Below are positions 10,078-19,073 of a stretch of 64,000 bases of DNA, piece by piece (within the stretch, counting starts at the first letter, position 1; each line of letters starts with the position of its first letter). A program made the translations under genes and the position numbers. This DNA is from an uncultured cyanobacterium (GTDB taxonomy: Bacteria > Cyanobacteriota > Cyanobacteriia > Cyanobacteriales > CAWCAG01): assembly GCA_963793425.1 (NCBI GenBank), contig CAWCAG010000005.1, positions 1,664,001-1,728,000 of the forward strand, given 5' to 3'. Below the pieces are notes generated by a model, which worked only from the letters and a program-made list of their open reading frames with translations, did no database searches and had not been told where the DNA came from.

Positions 10078-10820
10078 ATAGGAAGTTATAAGAACATCAA
10101 AAAGCCTACTTTTCAACCATCTCAGGCTTCACAGAATTTAAGTTTGCAACGAAAGGGTAACTTAGGGCTGCCACTACAAAAACCAAAGGGGCAAACCTTA
10201 GAAGAAATGGAAATTGCCAGGAAGAATGCAGAGCGCCTGGGGGATCATATGGTTGATTTTTCTTCAACCCCTCCTCCAGGAGTTCAAGCAAAGTTAAATA
10301 TCGGGGAATTTGGGGATAAGTATGAACAAGAAGCGGATTCTGTCGCTGGTCAAGTAGTAGAAGAGATTAACTCTCCTCAAGGAGAAGTCGGGCCAAGTGT
10401 TATGCGTCAGTGTGAGGCTTGTGAGGGAGAAAAAGAGGAATCTTCAACTTCTTTGCAGCGCAAAAGAGAGGTCGCCGAAGGTGCAGTTTCTGAAGGATTA
10501 TTACATCGCAGTGAGAGGGTAGGACAAGATGGCTTTATTTACCAAGGGGCTTATGCACAGGATTTTACCCCTATGGTGCAGCCAAGAAGAGAACAAATTA
10601 ATTCTTTTGCTTCTCAGGAAATAGGGCAAAGAGAAACTGAGCCGAATGTCATGCGTCAGTGTGATGCTTGTGAAGGGCAAGAGAAATAGGAATCTTCAGT
10701 AGTACGAGCAAAGCCAACTGTAGGGGAATCAGAGGATAAAGATAGCCAAAAAGCTTTAGAAGCCAGAGAAAAACCTACTGAGCTTAATGCTGAAATAGAT
10801 ACTCCACAAGAAGTCGCGGC
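10078..10820 (+). pseudogene. N-terminal remnant of a DUF4157/eCIS-core-type protein
   Basis: Hallmark QAKLNIGEFGDKYEQEADSVA motif. The duplicated VMRQC(E/D)ACEG(E/Q)(E)K unit has TAG (10687-10689) in copy 2 where copy 1 has GAG. Possible start is ATA at 10078. Truncated by the IS630 remnant. Confidence 0.7.
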
Positions 10821-11030
10821 AGCGCAACCGACAAATTCAGCAATATCTTGCTGGGTTTTACCATCATTTAGTAATAGTAAGATGAGAATTCTTTCTCTAA
10901 TATTCCCATTTTCTTCTCTCTTTAGAGCTTTTTGTAGCTTTTCTTTTTGTTCTGATGTGAGATGATTTTTGGCTGGCATTTTACGCTGATTTTGATTTTA
11001 GATTATACCCTATTTAAAAGCATGACAGCT
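10821..11030 (-). mobile_element. IS630-family remnant: left end plus the first ~52 codons of the transposase
   Basis: MPAKNHLTSEQKEKLQKALKREENGNIRERILILLLLNDGKTQQDIAEFVGC is an IS630 HTH N-terminus. The upstream end reads TA|AGCTGTCATGCTTTTAAAT with a TA target at 11031-11032. Confidence 0.8.
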
Positions 11031-11032
11031 TA

Positions 11033-11266
11033 TTGAGCAAGCAATTGAATCTAGGGAAGAAATGCAAATGGAAGAGTGTGCTAGTGCAATCTCTACATGG
11101 ATTTGAGCATATTGTTACAGATTCCCACAATAGGAAACTAGAAAAACAAGCCTATAAGCAGCTTGTAGAAATGAAATCTGACCCTTCCGAAAATGTTAGC
11201 GATGAAGTTGAGATATTTGAGATATCTTTGCAAAGGATAGCTAATAAAGGGATTAAGTTACCGTGA
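11033..11266 (+). pseudogene. C-terminal fragment of an unknown helical protein truncated by the IS630 end
   Basis: 77-aa ORF beginning right at the IS boundary with TTG and no clear RBS. Confidence 0.35.
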
Positions 11267-11353
11267 TGAAATTATGAAAGATAAGCTTTAATTTTAGAAA
11301 AAATAGAAAACAGCTTTGATAATTCAGCATATCCTGGTTAAGCAAAAAAATAG

Positions 11354-11923
11354 ATGCAATATTGGATTAATGAGAAAGACATAGAACCAGATACTTCTCT
11401 GGCACTCTATCGCTGTGTTGTTGCCTGGGCAGCAGATCATAGTAGATACTTCATAATGACATTGCAGTCTGGTATCTACAATCACCCAGAAGATGAAAAA
11501 CGACTTTGTGCATTAGGAAAAGTGAAAACTATACCTGTTTCCGAACCAACAGAATTGGAGAATCAGCTATTTCAAGAAGTGATTACTCTTGTCAGTTCAT
11601 TAGGAGATTTAGTTGAATTGCGCGTGGGTGAGAAGACTACAAAAATTCTTCAAGTACAAGGCATACCAAATGAAGAATTAGTGAGAGAATTGACACTCCA
11701 AGTAGCCCCTGATAAAGCTATAAGCGGCGATACTTGTCCAGCAGAAGATTTAGAGATGTTTATAGGTGATCGTCGCCTCTACGCTTTGTCTGACTATGGA
11801 CGAACTCAGGTTTTGGATGTTACGACTGGAGAAATCAACAGTTTGCACCAAACTTTGAGGCAAAATGAGCTTGATCCTAGCCACATAGTACCAGTACCAA
11901 ATGATGTTTATGAAACCCAGTGA
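11354..11923 (+). CDS. Hypothetical protein (possible immunity-type protein)
   Basis: Intact 189-aa acidic ORF with ATG start; function inferred only from its position after a DUF4157 remnant. Confidence 0.6.
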   Translation: MQYWINEKDIEPDTSLALYRCVVAWAADHSRYFIMTLQSGIYNHPEDEKRLCALGKVKTIPVSEPTELENQLFQEVITLVSSLGDLVELRVGEKTTKILQVQGIPNEELVRELTLQVAPDKAISGDTCPAEDLEMFIGDRRLYALSDYGRTQVLDVTTGEINSLHQTLRQNELDPSHIVPVPNDVYETQ

Positions 11924-12117
11924 TAATCGATAACTTATGCTATTTAAATAGGATTTTGTATAAAATCTGCTTTAACTAATCCCCCTGTTTAATTGAATTT
12001 GGGAAGGGGAAGAATCATAAACTCATCCTTGGACTTCTTTATCTATTTGGAAATCAAGCTTTGTTTCAAGGTAAACAACATTTTTTCTTTCTTAATGAGA
12101 ATTAATCTAAAATATTA

Positions 12118-12873
12118 CTACACAGCTAAGAAGCGATCAACTACTTCTTGACTCAACTCACTGGTAGAACCAGAAGCGACAATTCCCCCTTTTTGCATTG
12201 CATAATAATAGTCAGCTTGGCGAACAAAATGCAAATGCTGTTCTACTAGTAAAACGGAAATTCCTGTACTTTCAATAATGCGACGTACTGCCGCTTCAAT
12301 TTCTAGGATAATTGAGGGTTGAATCCCTTCTGTGGGTTCATCCAAAACTAATAACTGAGGTTTTCCCATTAAGGCACGGGCGATCGCAAGTTGTTGTTGT
12401 TGTCCACCGCTTAAGTCTCCTCCTCGTCGAGAAAGCATGGTTTTAAGTACTGGGAAGAGGGCAAAGATTTCTTCCGGTATTTCTTGCTTACCTTTCCTGC
12501 CTTGGGGGCGGGCTTCTAAACCTAATAACAAGTTTTCTTCTACTGTGACGCGGGGAATTATTTCTCTACCTTGAGGTACGTAACCAATACCCAATCTTGC
12601 TCTTTTATCAGTGGCAAGTTTGTCAATAGGTATGCCGGAAAAACTAATAGTTCCTATACGCTGTTTAAGTAAGCCAATAATTGTTTTTAATAAAGTTGTT
12701 TTTCCCACTCCATTACGGCCAATTAAACAAACCATTTGTCCTTTAGGAACACTTAAATCAACATTACGGAGAATATGACTTTCCCCATAATAAACGTTCA
12801 ATCCCGAAACTTGCAGCATCGGCGGCTGCGAAACTTCATCACTTACTGGAACATCAATATTAGTTTGAGTCAT
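12118..12873 (-). CDS. urtE: Urea ABC transporter ATP-binding subunit UrtE
   Basis: GRNGVGKTT, LSGGQQQQLAIARAL, LDEPTEGIQPSII; last gene of the urt operon. Confidence 0.95.
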   Translation of the reverse strand: MTQTNIDVPVSDEVSQPPMLQVSGLNVYYGESHILRNVDLSVPKGQMVCLIGRNGVGKTTLLKTIIGLLKQRIGTISFSGIPIDKLATDKRARLGIGYVPQGREIIPRVTVEENLLLGLEARPQGRKGKQEIPEEIFALFPVLKTMLSRRGGDLSGGQQQQLAIARALMGKPQLLVLDEPTEGIQPSIILEIEAAVRRIIESTGISVLLVEQHLHFVRQADYYYAMQKGGIVASGSTSELSQEVVDRFLAV

Positions 12874-12967
12874 TTTATTTGCTATTTGCTAGTTGCTAAT
12901 TATTTTTTCCCTGAAGTAGCAAGAAATATACTCTTAAAGCTAATAGCTAATAGCTAACAGCTAATAG

Positions 12968-13714
12968 CTATGTTTCTTCCCCTAAATAAACCTCAATTAC
13001 ACGAGGATCATTTTGTACCTCATCCATGTTGCCTTCACAAAGTACTGAACCTTGATGTAAAACGGTTACTTGACGAGCAATTTGTCGGACAAATTCCATA
13101 TCATGTTCAATAACAATAATAGAATGACTTTCCGCTAATGCTAATAGTAGTTCCCCCACATTTTCTGTTTCTTCATCAGTCAAACCAGCAACAGGTTCAT
13201 CTACTAATAATAAGTCGGGGGATTGAGCAACTAACATTCCTATTTCTAAGCGCTGTTTTTCACCATGGGAAAGTAAGTCTGCGAGTAAATCAGCTTTGGA
13301 TGTTAAACCAATAGTTTCCATTAAGCCAGTAACATTACGTTGTTCGCTAGCTGAAGGACGACCAAAAAGAGTGCCAAAAACGTTTTTTTTGCGGTTACAA
13401 ACTAAATCCAAATTTTCCCTGACTGTTAAGTTTAAAAGCACTCGCGGAGTTTGAAATTTACGACCAATACCTAAGCGAGAAATCTTATCTTCTGAAAGCC
13501 GTTTTAAGTTGCGCCCTTTAAATAAAACTTGTCCTTCTGTAGGTTGAACTTTGCCAGTAATGACATCTAAAAAAGTAGTTTTTCCCGCCCCATTAGGACC
13601 AATAACCACTCGCAATTCTCCAGTATTTAAAGCAAGATTCAAGTTATTAAGGGCTTTAAAACCATCAAAATTGACTGTGAGATTCTGTATTTCTAATATT
13701 TTTTCATTAGTCAT
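12968..13714 (-). CDS. urtD: Urea ABC transporter ATP-binding subunit UrtD
   Basis: GPNGAGKTT, GIGRKFQTP, LSHGEKQRLEIGM. Confidence 0.95.
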   Translation of the reverse strand: MTNEKILEIQNLTVNFDGFKALNNLNLALNTGELRVVIGPNGAGKTTFLDVITGKVQPTEGQVLFKGRNLKRLSEDKISRLGIGRKFQTPRVLLNLTVRENLDLVCNRKKNVFGTLFGRPSASEQRNVTGLMETIGLTSKADLLADLLSHGEKQRLEIGMLVAQSPDLLLVDEPVAGLTDEETENVGELLLALAESHSIIVIEHDMEFVRQIARQVTVLHQGSVLCEGNMDEVQNDPRVIEVYLGEET

Positions 13715-13789
13715 TGGAAATAATAAGTAATGAGTAACAACTGACAATTATTCATTGATGCCTAACGGTAACGGCAAACTGTACATTGA

Positions 13790-14944
13790 TCATTTATCAT
13801 TGATTATTGATTCCCGTTCTTTCGCTACCTCTGGATCTTCTTCTAAACTAGGATATGTAAAAGCTTGTTTACGCGGGGAAAATAGCGATCGCAGTTGCTT
13901 GAATAAGCCAACTATCCCTTCAGGGAGTACGGTAACAACTATTAAAAATAATGCCCCTTGGAAAAATAGCCAAATTTCAGGATATTCTTCGCTTAAAAAG
14001 GTTCTTGCCCAGTTAACTATTAAAGTACCAATTATTGCCCCGACTAATGTTCCTCGCCCTCCTACTGCCACCCAAATTACCATTTCAATGGAGAAAGCAA
14101 CTTCCATGAAACTGGGTGTAATAATTCCTGATTGTACTGTGTATAAAGCCCCGGAAATTCCGGCGATCGCACCAGAAATAGCAAAGACTAACACCTTGAA
14201 TCCAGTGGGGTTATAACCAGAAAAACGTACCCGATTTTCATCATCACGGATAGCAATCAACATCCTACCAAAACGACCACTAGTTAACCACCGGCAAAAC
14301 AAGTAAGTAAGCAGAAGTACGAAAATAGTAATTTCATAAAAAGCTATTTGGGCTGATTGGGAACTAATGACAGCACCAAAGAAAGTTGCTGTATCCGTTT
14401 TTAGTCCGTTAGTACCGTTAATTAGTTTTTGTTGACCGTTGAAAAAGTTGAAAAAGACCAGTAGTGCTGCTTGGGTTAAAATTGAAAAGTAAACCCCTTT
14501 AATTCTGTTACGAAATACCAAATAACCCAACAAACCTGCCACAATTGCGGGGATCAGAAAAATAGCAATTAAGGTGAAAGGAAAAGAGTAAAAAGGTTGC
14601 CAGAAAAAAGGCAGCTTATCAACGCCGTATAAACTAAAAAAGTCAGGTAACTCTCCAGGGGGAATTTGTAGTTTGAGGTGCATCGCCAAAGCGTAGCCCC
14701 CAAGGGCAAAAAAGATGCCATGACCTAAGCTAAGTAAGCCAGTATAGCCCCAAATTAAGTCGATTCCTAAAGCAACTATAGCTAAGGAGAGAAACCTTCC
14801 GAACAGTCTCAGGCGAAAATCTCCTAAAACTAAGGGCATTACTACAGCAAGCAAAAGAAGAGTCGCGACTAGAGCAGCAACTTCAATAGCGAGCCTACGC
14901 CGTTTTTTATGCTTAATGTTACGATTGACAAGAGATGTTTCCAC
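13790..14944 (-). CDS. urtC: Urea ABC transporter permease UrtC
   Basis: LGIDLIWGYTGLLSLGHG, IKGVYFSILTQA, SIEMVIWVAVGGRGTL. Confidence 0.95.
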   Translation of the reverse strand: METSLVNRNIKHKKRRRLAIEVAALVATLLLLAVVMPLVLGDFRLRLFGRFLSLAIVALGIDLIWGYTGLLSLGHGIFFALGGYALAMHLKLQIPPGELPDFFSLYGVDKLPFFWQPFYSFPFTLIAIFLIPAIVAGLLGYLVFRNRIKGVYFSILTQAALLVFFNFFNGQQKLINGTNGLKTDTATFFGAVISSQSAQIAFYEITIFVLLLTYLFCRWLTSGRFGRMLIAIRDDENRVRFSGYNPTGFKVLVFAISGAIAGISGALYTVQSGIITPSFMEVAFSIEMVIWVAVGGRGTLVGAIIGTLIVNWARTFLSEEYPEIWLFFQGALFLIVVTVLPEGIVGLFKQLRSLFSPRKQAFTYPSLEEDPEVAKERESIINDK

Positions 14945-14952
14945 TTTTCAAG

Positions 14953-14987
14953 TTACCTATTACCTATTACCTATTACCTATTACCTA
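14953..14987 (+). repeat. STRR heptamer tract (TTACCTA)x5
   Basis: Five tandem copies between urtB and urtC. Confidence 0.9.
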
Positions 14988-16157
14988 ATTCTCTACCGCA
15001 CGTCCTTTTTGAGGGAAAATGCCAGAAGGTTTGATTTGTAAAAAGGCAATAATTAAAGCAAAAATCATTACCTTTGCCATACTTGTAGTTGCAAAGAAAG
15101 TAAAAAAGTCAATGATAGGTTTTAATGATTCAGTTGCAGGAGGAAGCAACAGGGCAATTGTTCCTGTACCAATTAAATAAGTAATGATGCCAATTGCTAA
15201 AGCAGCTAAGATTGTTCCTAATAAATTGCCTACGCCACCAACTACCACTACCATAAAAGTATCAACAATATAAAGTTGACCAATATTAGGCCCTACTGAA
15301 CCTAAAAGAGTGATGGCACAACCAGCTATCCCAGCTAAACCTGACCCCAAGGCAAAAGTAATCGCATCTACTTGATCTGTGGGGATTCCTAAACAGGCAC
15401 TCATGGTACGATTTTGGGTAACAGACCTAATTTTTAATCCCCAATTAGTACCATTTAAAAACCAGTAAATAGCAGCGACACAAATAATTGTGAGAACGAT
15501 AATAAATACTCTTGTATAAGCAAATTGTAAACTACCTAAAGATAAACCCTCTTGCAGCCATCCTGGGGCGCTAACATCAACGTTTCTGGTATCAAACCAA
15601 GGCTTTGTCCAGGTTTGGCTATCGCTTTTGTTGATTAATATTCCCAATGCGATCGCAATTCCCCCGGAGATAGTTAATAGTAAGGCGATCGCTTTATCTT
15701 TTATACTTTGCCAATTGCTACGGCGTTTGAGAATAGTAAGTCCGCCTAAAAAAAGCAAACCAAAAACTCCTAAACAAATAGCTAACATCCCGCTAACACT
15801 ACGAACAAATTGCCGTAATATCAGGCTAACGCCCCAAGTCGCAAGTAATGTTTCTAATGGTCTGCCATAAAGGAAGCGAATCACCGTTTTTTCTAAAAGC
15901 AATCCTACTATTGCTGCTACGATAAAAGCACAGGGAATAGCGAAGAAAAAGTAGGAGTTATATAAAGACTCAGGTAAGTAAGCTTTGAAGGTGTTTTGGA
16001 CTACAAAAGTTGTGTAAGCCCCCAACATCATTAACTCGCCGTGGGCAAGATTAATTACCCCCATGAGTCCAAAAACAATCGCTAGTCCTAATGCTGCAAG
16101 CAAAAGTACCGAACCAATACTAATGCCATCAAAAAGTCCTTGTATTAGTGGTAACAC
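14985..16157 (-). CDS. urtB: Urea ABC transporter permease UrtB
   Basis: FGLMGVINLAHGELMMLGAY, YGRPLETLLATWGVSL, YIVDTFMVVVVGGVG. Confidence 0.95.
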   Translation of the reverse strand: MLPLIQGLFDGISIGSVLLLAALGLAIVFGLMGVINLAHGELMMLGAYTTFVVQNTFKAYLPESLYNSYFFFAIPCAFIVAAIVGLLLEKTVIRFLYGRPLETLLATWGVSLILRQFVRSVSGMLAICLGVFGLLFLGGLTILKRRSNWQSIKDKAIALLLTISGGIAIALGILINKSDSQTWTKPWFDTRNVDVSAPGWLQEGLSLGSLQFAYTRVFIIVLTIICVAAIYWFLNGTNWGLKIRSVTQNRTMSACLGIPTDQVDAITFALGSGLAGIAGCAITLLGSVGPNIGQLYIVDTFMVVVVGGVGNLLGTILAALAIGIITYLIGTGTIALLLPPATESLKPIIDFFTFFATTSMAKVMIFALIIAFLQIKPSGIFPQKGRAVEN

Positions 16158-16323
16158 TTCAGTTAAGGGATTTTAGTTTCAATTTTGGTTTAGATGTAGA
16201 GTATAATGCGGCTTCCCCTGAAATTGTTCATTGCAAGCACTTTGGCAAAAGTAATAAGTAATAAGTTTTGAATGTAATCTAGTCTAATTACCCATTACCT
16301 ATCACCCATTACCTGTTACCTTC

Positions 16324-17646
16324 TTAAGACTCTTCTAATTCATACTTGCCACCCTTTTCTGGATCACTCCAGTCGCAACCGAAACCCTTAGTATCGGGAA
16401 CATATTGATTCCAGGGTATAGGATCAACTGCCCCTTCACTAGATGACACAATCTCAAATAAACCGTCGTCGCGCACTTCACCAATTCTCACTGTTTGAGA
16501 AATGTGATGATTAGCTTTCATTTCTACTGGCCCTTGAGGGGCATCAAAGGTTTGACCAATGGCCGCTTCTCTTACTGCTTCAAGATCCGTTGTACCAGCT
16601 TCTTCTACTGCCTGCTTCCAAAGGTATACCATGATGTAAGCAGATTCCATCGGATCGTTAGTTACACGGTCTTCCCCATACTCTGCTTTGAAAGCTTCGA
16701 CAAATTTGTCATTTTCAGGAGTTTCAACGGTCTGGTAGTAGTTCCAAGATGCGTAGTGACCTTCAAGGAAATCTGCGCCGATGGTACGTACTTCTTCTTC
16801 AGCAATACTTACTGACATAACAGGATACTTATCTGCTGTAAGGCCGGCACTCTTCATTTGCTTAAAGAAGGCGACGTTACTATCCCCATTAAGGCTATTA
16901 AAGATTACCCCACCATCGGGCAAAGCTTGTTTAATTTTAGTGATGATTGGAGTAACTTCGGTATTACCCAAAGGTAAATAATCTTCCCCGACTGTTTCAC
17001 CATCTTTGGCCTTAAGCTGCTCTTTAATAATTGTATTAGCAGTACGGGGGAAAACATAATCTGAACCAACTAAGAAAAATTCCTTACCCTTATTTTCTAA
17101 TAACCAATCTACAGCAGGTTCAATTTGTTGGTTAGGTGCTGCCCCAGTGTAAAAGATATTTTTAGAGCATTCTTGCCCTTCATACTGTACTGGATACCAA
17201 AGCATATGGTCTTTGGACTCAAAAACATCTAATACCGCTTTACGGCTAGCAGAAGTCCAACAGCCAAACACAGTCACAACTTCATCTTGATCAATTAACT
17301 TAGTAGCTTTCTCAGCAAAGGTTGGCCAATCAGAAGCCCCATCTTCTTGGATTGCTTCAATCTGCTTACCTAAAACTCCCCCAGCTTCGTTAATTTCTTT
17401 AATAGCTAGCATTTCCGCATCTACTACGGTAGTTTCGCTGATAGCCATTGTGCCGCTAAGAGAGTGGAGAATACCAACTTTAATTGTCTCACCATCCCCG
17501 GCAGGAGTTGAGGCTTCTGAACCTTCGTTTTCCTCAGTCCCTTCTATTGCTTCTTCTGTGTCGCCACAAGCCTTGAGTAATAAGCTAGTACCTAAAGCTG
17601 CGGAGCCATAAAATAAGAATTTCCGTCTTCCTAATCGTCCTACCAT
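16324..17646 (-). CDS. urtA: Urea ABC transporter substrate-binding protein UrtA (Tat lipoprotein)
   Basis: GRRKFL...LLKAC signal; [47 protein letters not shown]. Confidence 0.97.
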   Translation of the reverse strand: MVGRLGRRKFLFYGSAALGTSLLLKACGDTEEAIEGTEENEGSEASTPAGDGETIKVGILHSLSGTMAISETTVVDAEMLAIKEINEAGGVLGKQIEAIQEDGASDWPTFAEKATKLIDQDEVVTVFGCWTSASRKAVLDVFESKDHMLWYPVQYEGQECSKNIFYTGAAPNQQIEPAVDWLLENKGKEFFLVGSDYVFPRTANTIIKEQLKAKDGETVGEDYLPLGNTEVTPIITKIKQALPDGGVIFNSLNGDSNVAFFKQMKSAGLTADKYPVMSVSIAEEEVRTIGADFLEGHYASWNYYQTVETPENDKFVEAFKAEYGEDRVTNDPMESAYIMVYLWKQAVEEAGTTDLEAVREAAIGQTFDAPQGPVEMKANHHISQTVRIGEVRDDGLFEIVSSSEGAVDPIPWNQYVPDTKGFGCDWSDPEKGGKYELEES

Positions 17647-17733
17647 AATCTATCTCTTGTGTAATTGTACTTGTAACCGACTACTTTTTGTGTGAGGAGG
17701 AAAATACAGAGTTAATAAGTGGTTGAGCTTTGT

Positions 17734-17777
17734 ATGGTACGGTCTGTCCCTATAGATGTTTTGTAGTTTAGGATACA
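17734..17777 (-). promoter_or_regulatory. NtcA-activated promoter of urtA
   Basis: TGTA-GTTTAGGA-TACA (GTA-N8-TAC at 17763-17776), followed 23 nt downstream on the minus strand by a TACCAT -10 box (17739-17734). This is the canonical NtcA class II spacing, and urt operons are established NtcA targets. Confidence 0.85.
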
Positions 17778-17927
17778 AAAAAACGTTTATCCTCTATCAG
17801 TCCTCTCCCCGTCTATAAAGTAGGTTTTTAAAAACTGCTTCTAACTTTTTGAAATAAATTACTTGTACAATACAAAAGGCTTAAGGAATTTCACTAGGTA
17901 ACTGGTCATTTGGAGGGGTAAGAGGTA

Positions 17928-19073
17928 ATGCCGTCTATTACCTTTGATTTAGAAACGGTTACGCCTTTGTTTTTGGCTGGTGCAGATCAGCAAAAAGCTG
18001 AGTTACGCCCTCCTGCTTTTCGGGGTGCGTTGAGATATTGGTTTCGTGCGATCGCTGCTAGTATTACAGCAATGATTTAGAGAAAGTTGAAAAGTGGGAA
18101 AAGCATCTATTTTTGGGAGTACAATGAAACAAAGGAAGCGTCTAAAATTATCATGCGTCTTCTAAATAGTCCAGCAAGTCTTTTGTCCTAGAACATGAAT
18201 CTTCAGAAAAACCCGGTTTAAATTACCTATTGTTTTCTCTTACAAAATGAAAGAGGAAAGCTATTGATGCAGAGAACAGTTCACAGTGATTTTACAAACT
18301 CGTCACAAACTCCAACAGTATCGAAATTAATAGCAGTAGGGGCAATTGTGTTAATTAGTTTGGAGAATTGCTCTAGGTAATCGAGGTGGAGAATTTAGGG
18401 GTAAATGGGTTCTCAGAATAATGTAGAGATGGGTAGTCTTCTAGAGTTAAAGCATAACTCTGAAAGGTTAGATGAGAAGAAAGAACTTAAAAGGTATTAA
18501 ATCAATTTGACTATATCGAGGTTCATAAGCAAAAGACATAGAAATCCCAAACTCCAGTTCTCAATTAACACAATTCCAAAATAACTGTTGATATTGCTTA
18601 AATGTCAAGATGAAGGGACTATAGATTTTAATACTTTGACCGAGTATGAAATATTTAACCGTAATTTTTGTAAAAATTCTTGGTTGAGCAAGTCTTATGA
18701 CTAGCTAGTAAAAAACTGGTTAAAGCATAATCCTGAAAATATAAATACTCCAGAACCTCAAATCGAACGTGAACAAGACTGCTTTTGGAAAACCGATTAA
18801 TTTTATTTTACTTCATTAAATAAACCTCATCACAAAGCTTCGGAAAAGATACAGAATATAAATCGCTAGTCCTTCTCCTTTGCATATCAAATCATACCTC
18901 TCAGGTAGTAAAAATTTAGTTGTTGTTATTATTGCTTCAAAACACAACTGTTACCAAATAATTCCCGTTTAGTAATTGAAAAATGATAGAACTTGCTGCG
19001 AAGTACCCAATCAGACATTATTGACGAATTTATTGAAACATTTGGGAATTTGTGGAGGTGAATATTACCATGA
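17928..19073 (+). pseudogene. cmr1: Type III-B CRISPR RAMP Cmr1, heavily frameshifted (not in the ORF track)
   Basis: GAGGT RBS, then ATG 17928: MPSITFDLETVTPLFLAGADQQKAELRPPAFRGALRYWFRAIA. Later fragments (LEKVEKWE, KPGLNYLLFSL, a degenerate Gly-rich loop near 18375-18440) fall in shifting frames. Confidence 0.85.

Noticed and set aside
10656..10979. 107-aa ORF as a real protein
   Set aside because: It is a chimera of the IS630 N-terminus and antisense read-through into the DUF4157 remnant.
11931..11963. Second IS630 terminal repeat (TAACTTATGCTATTTAAATAGG)
   Set aside because: Only loose AT-rich similarity to the end at 11030, and no transposase sequence follows.
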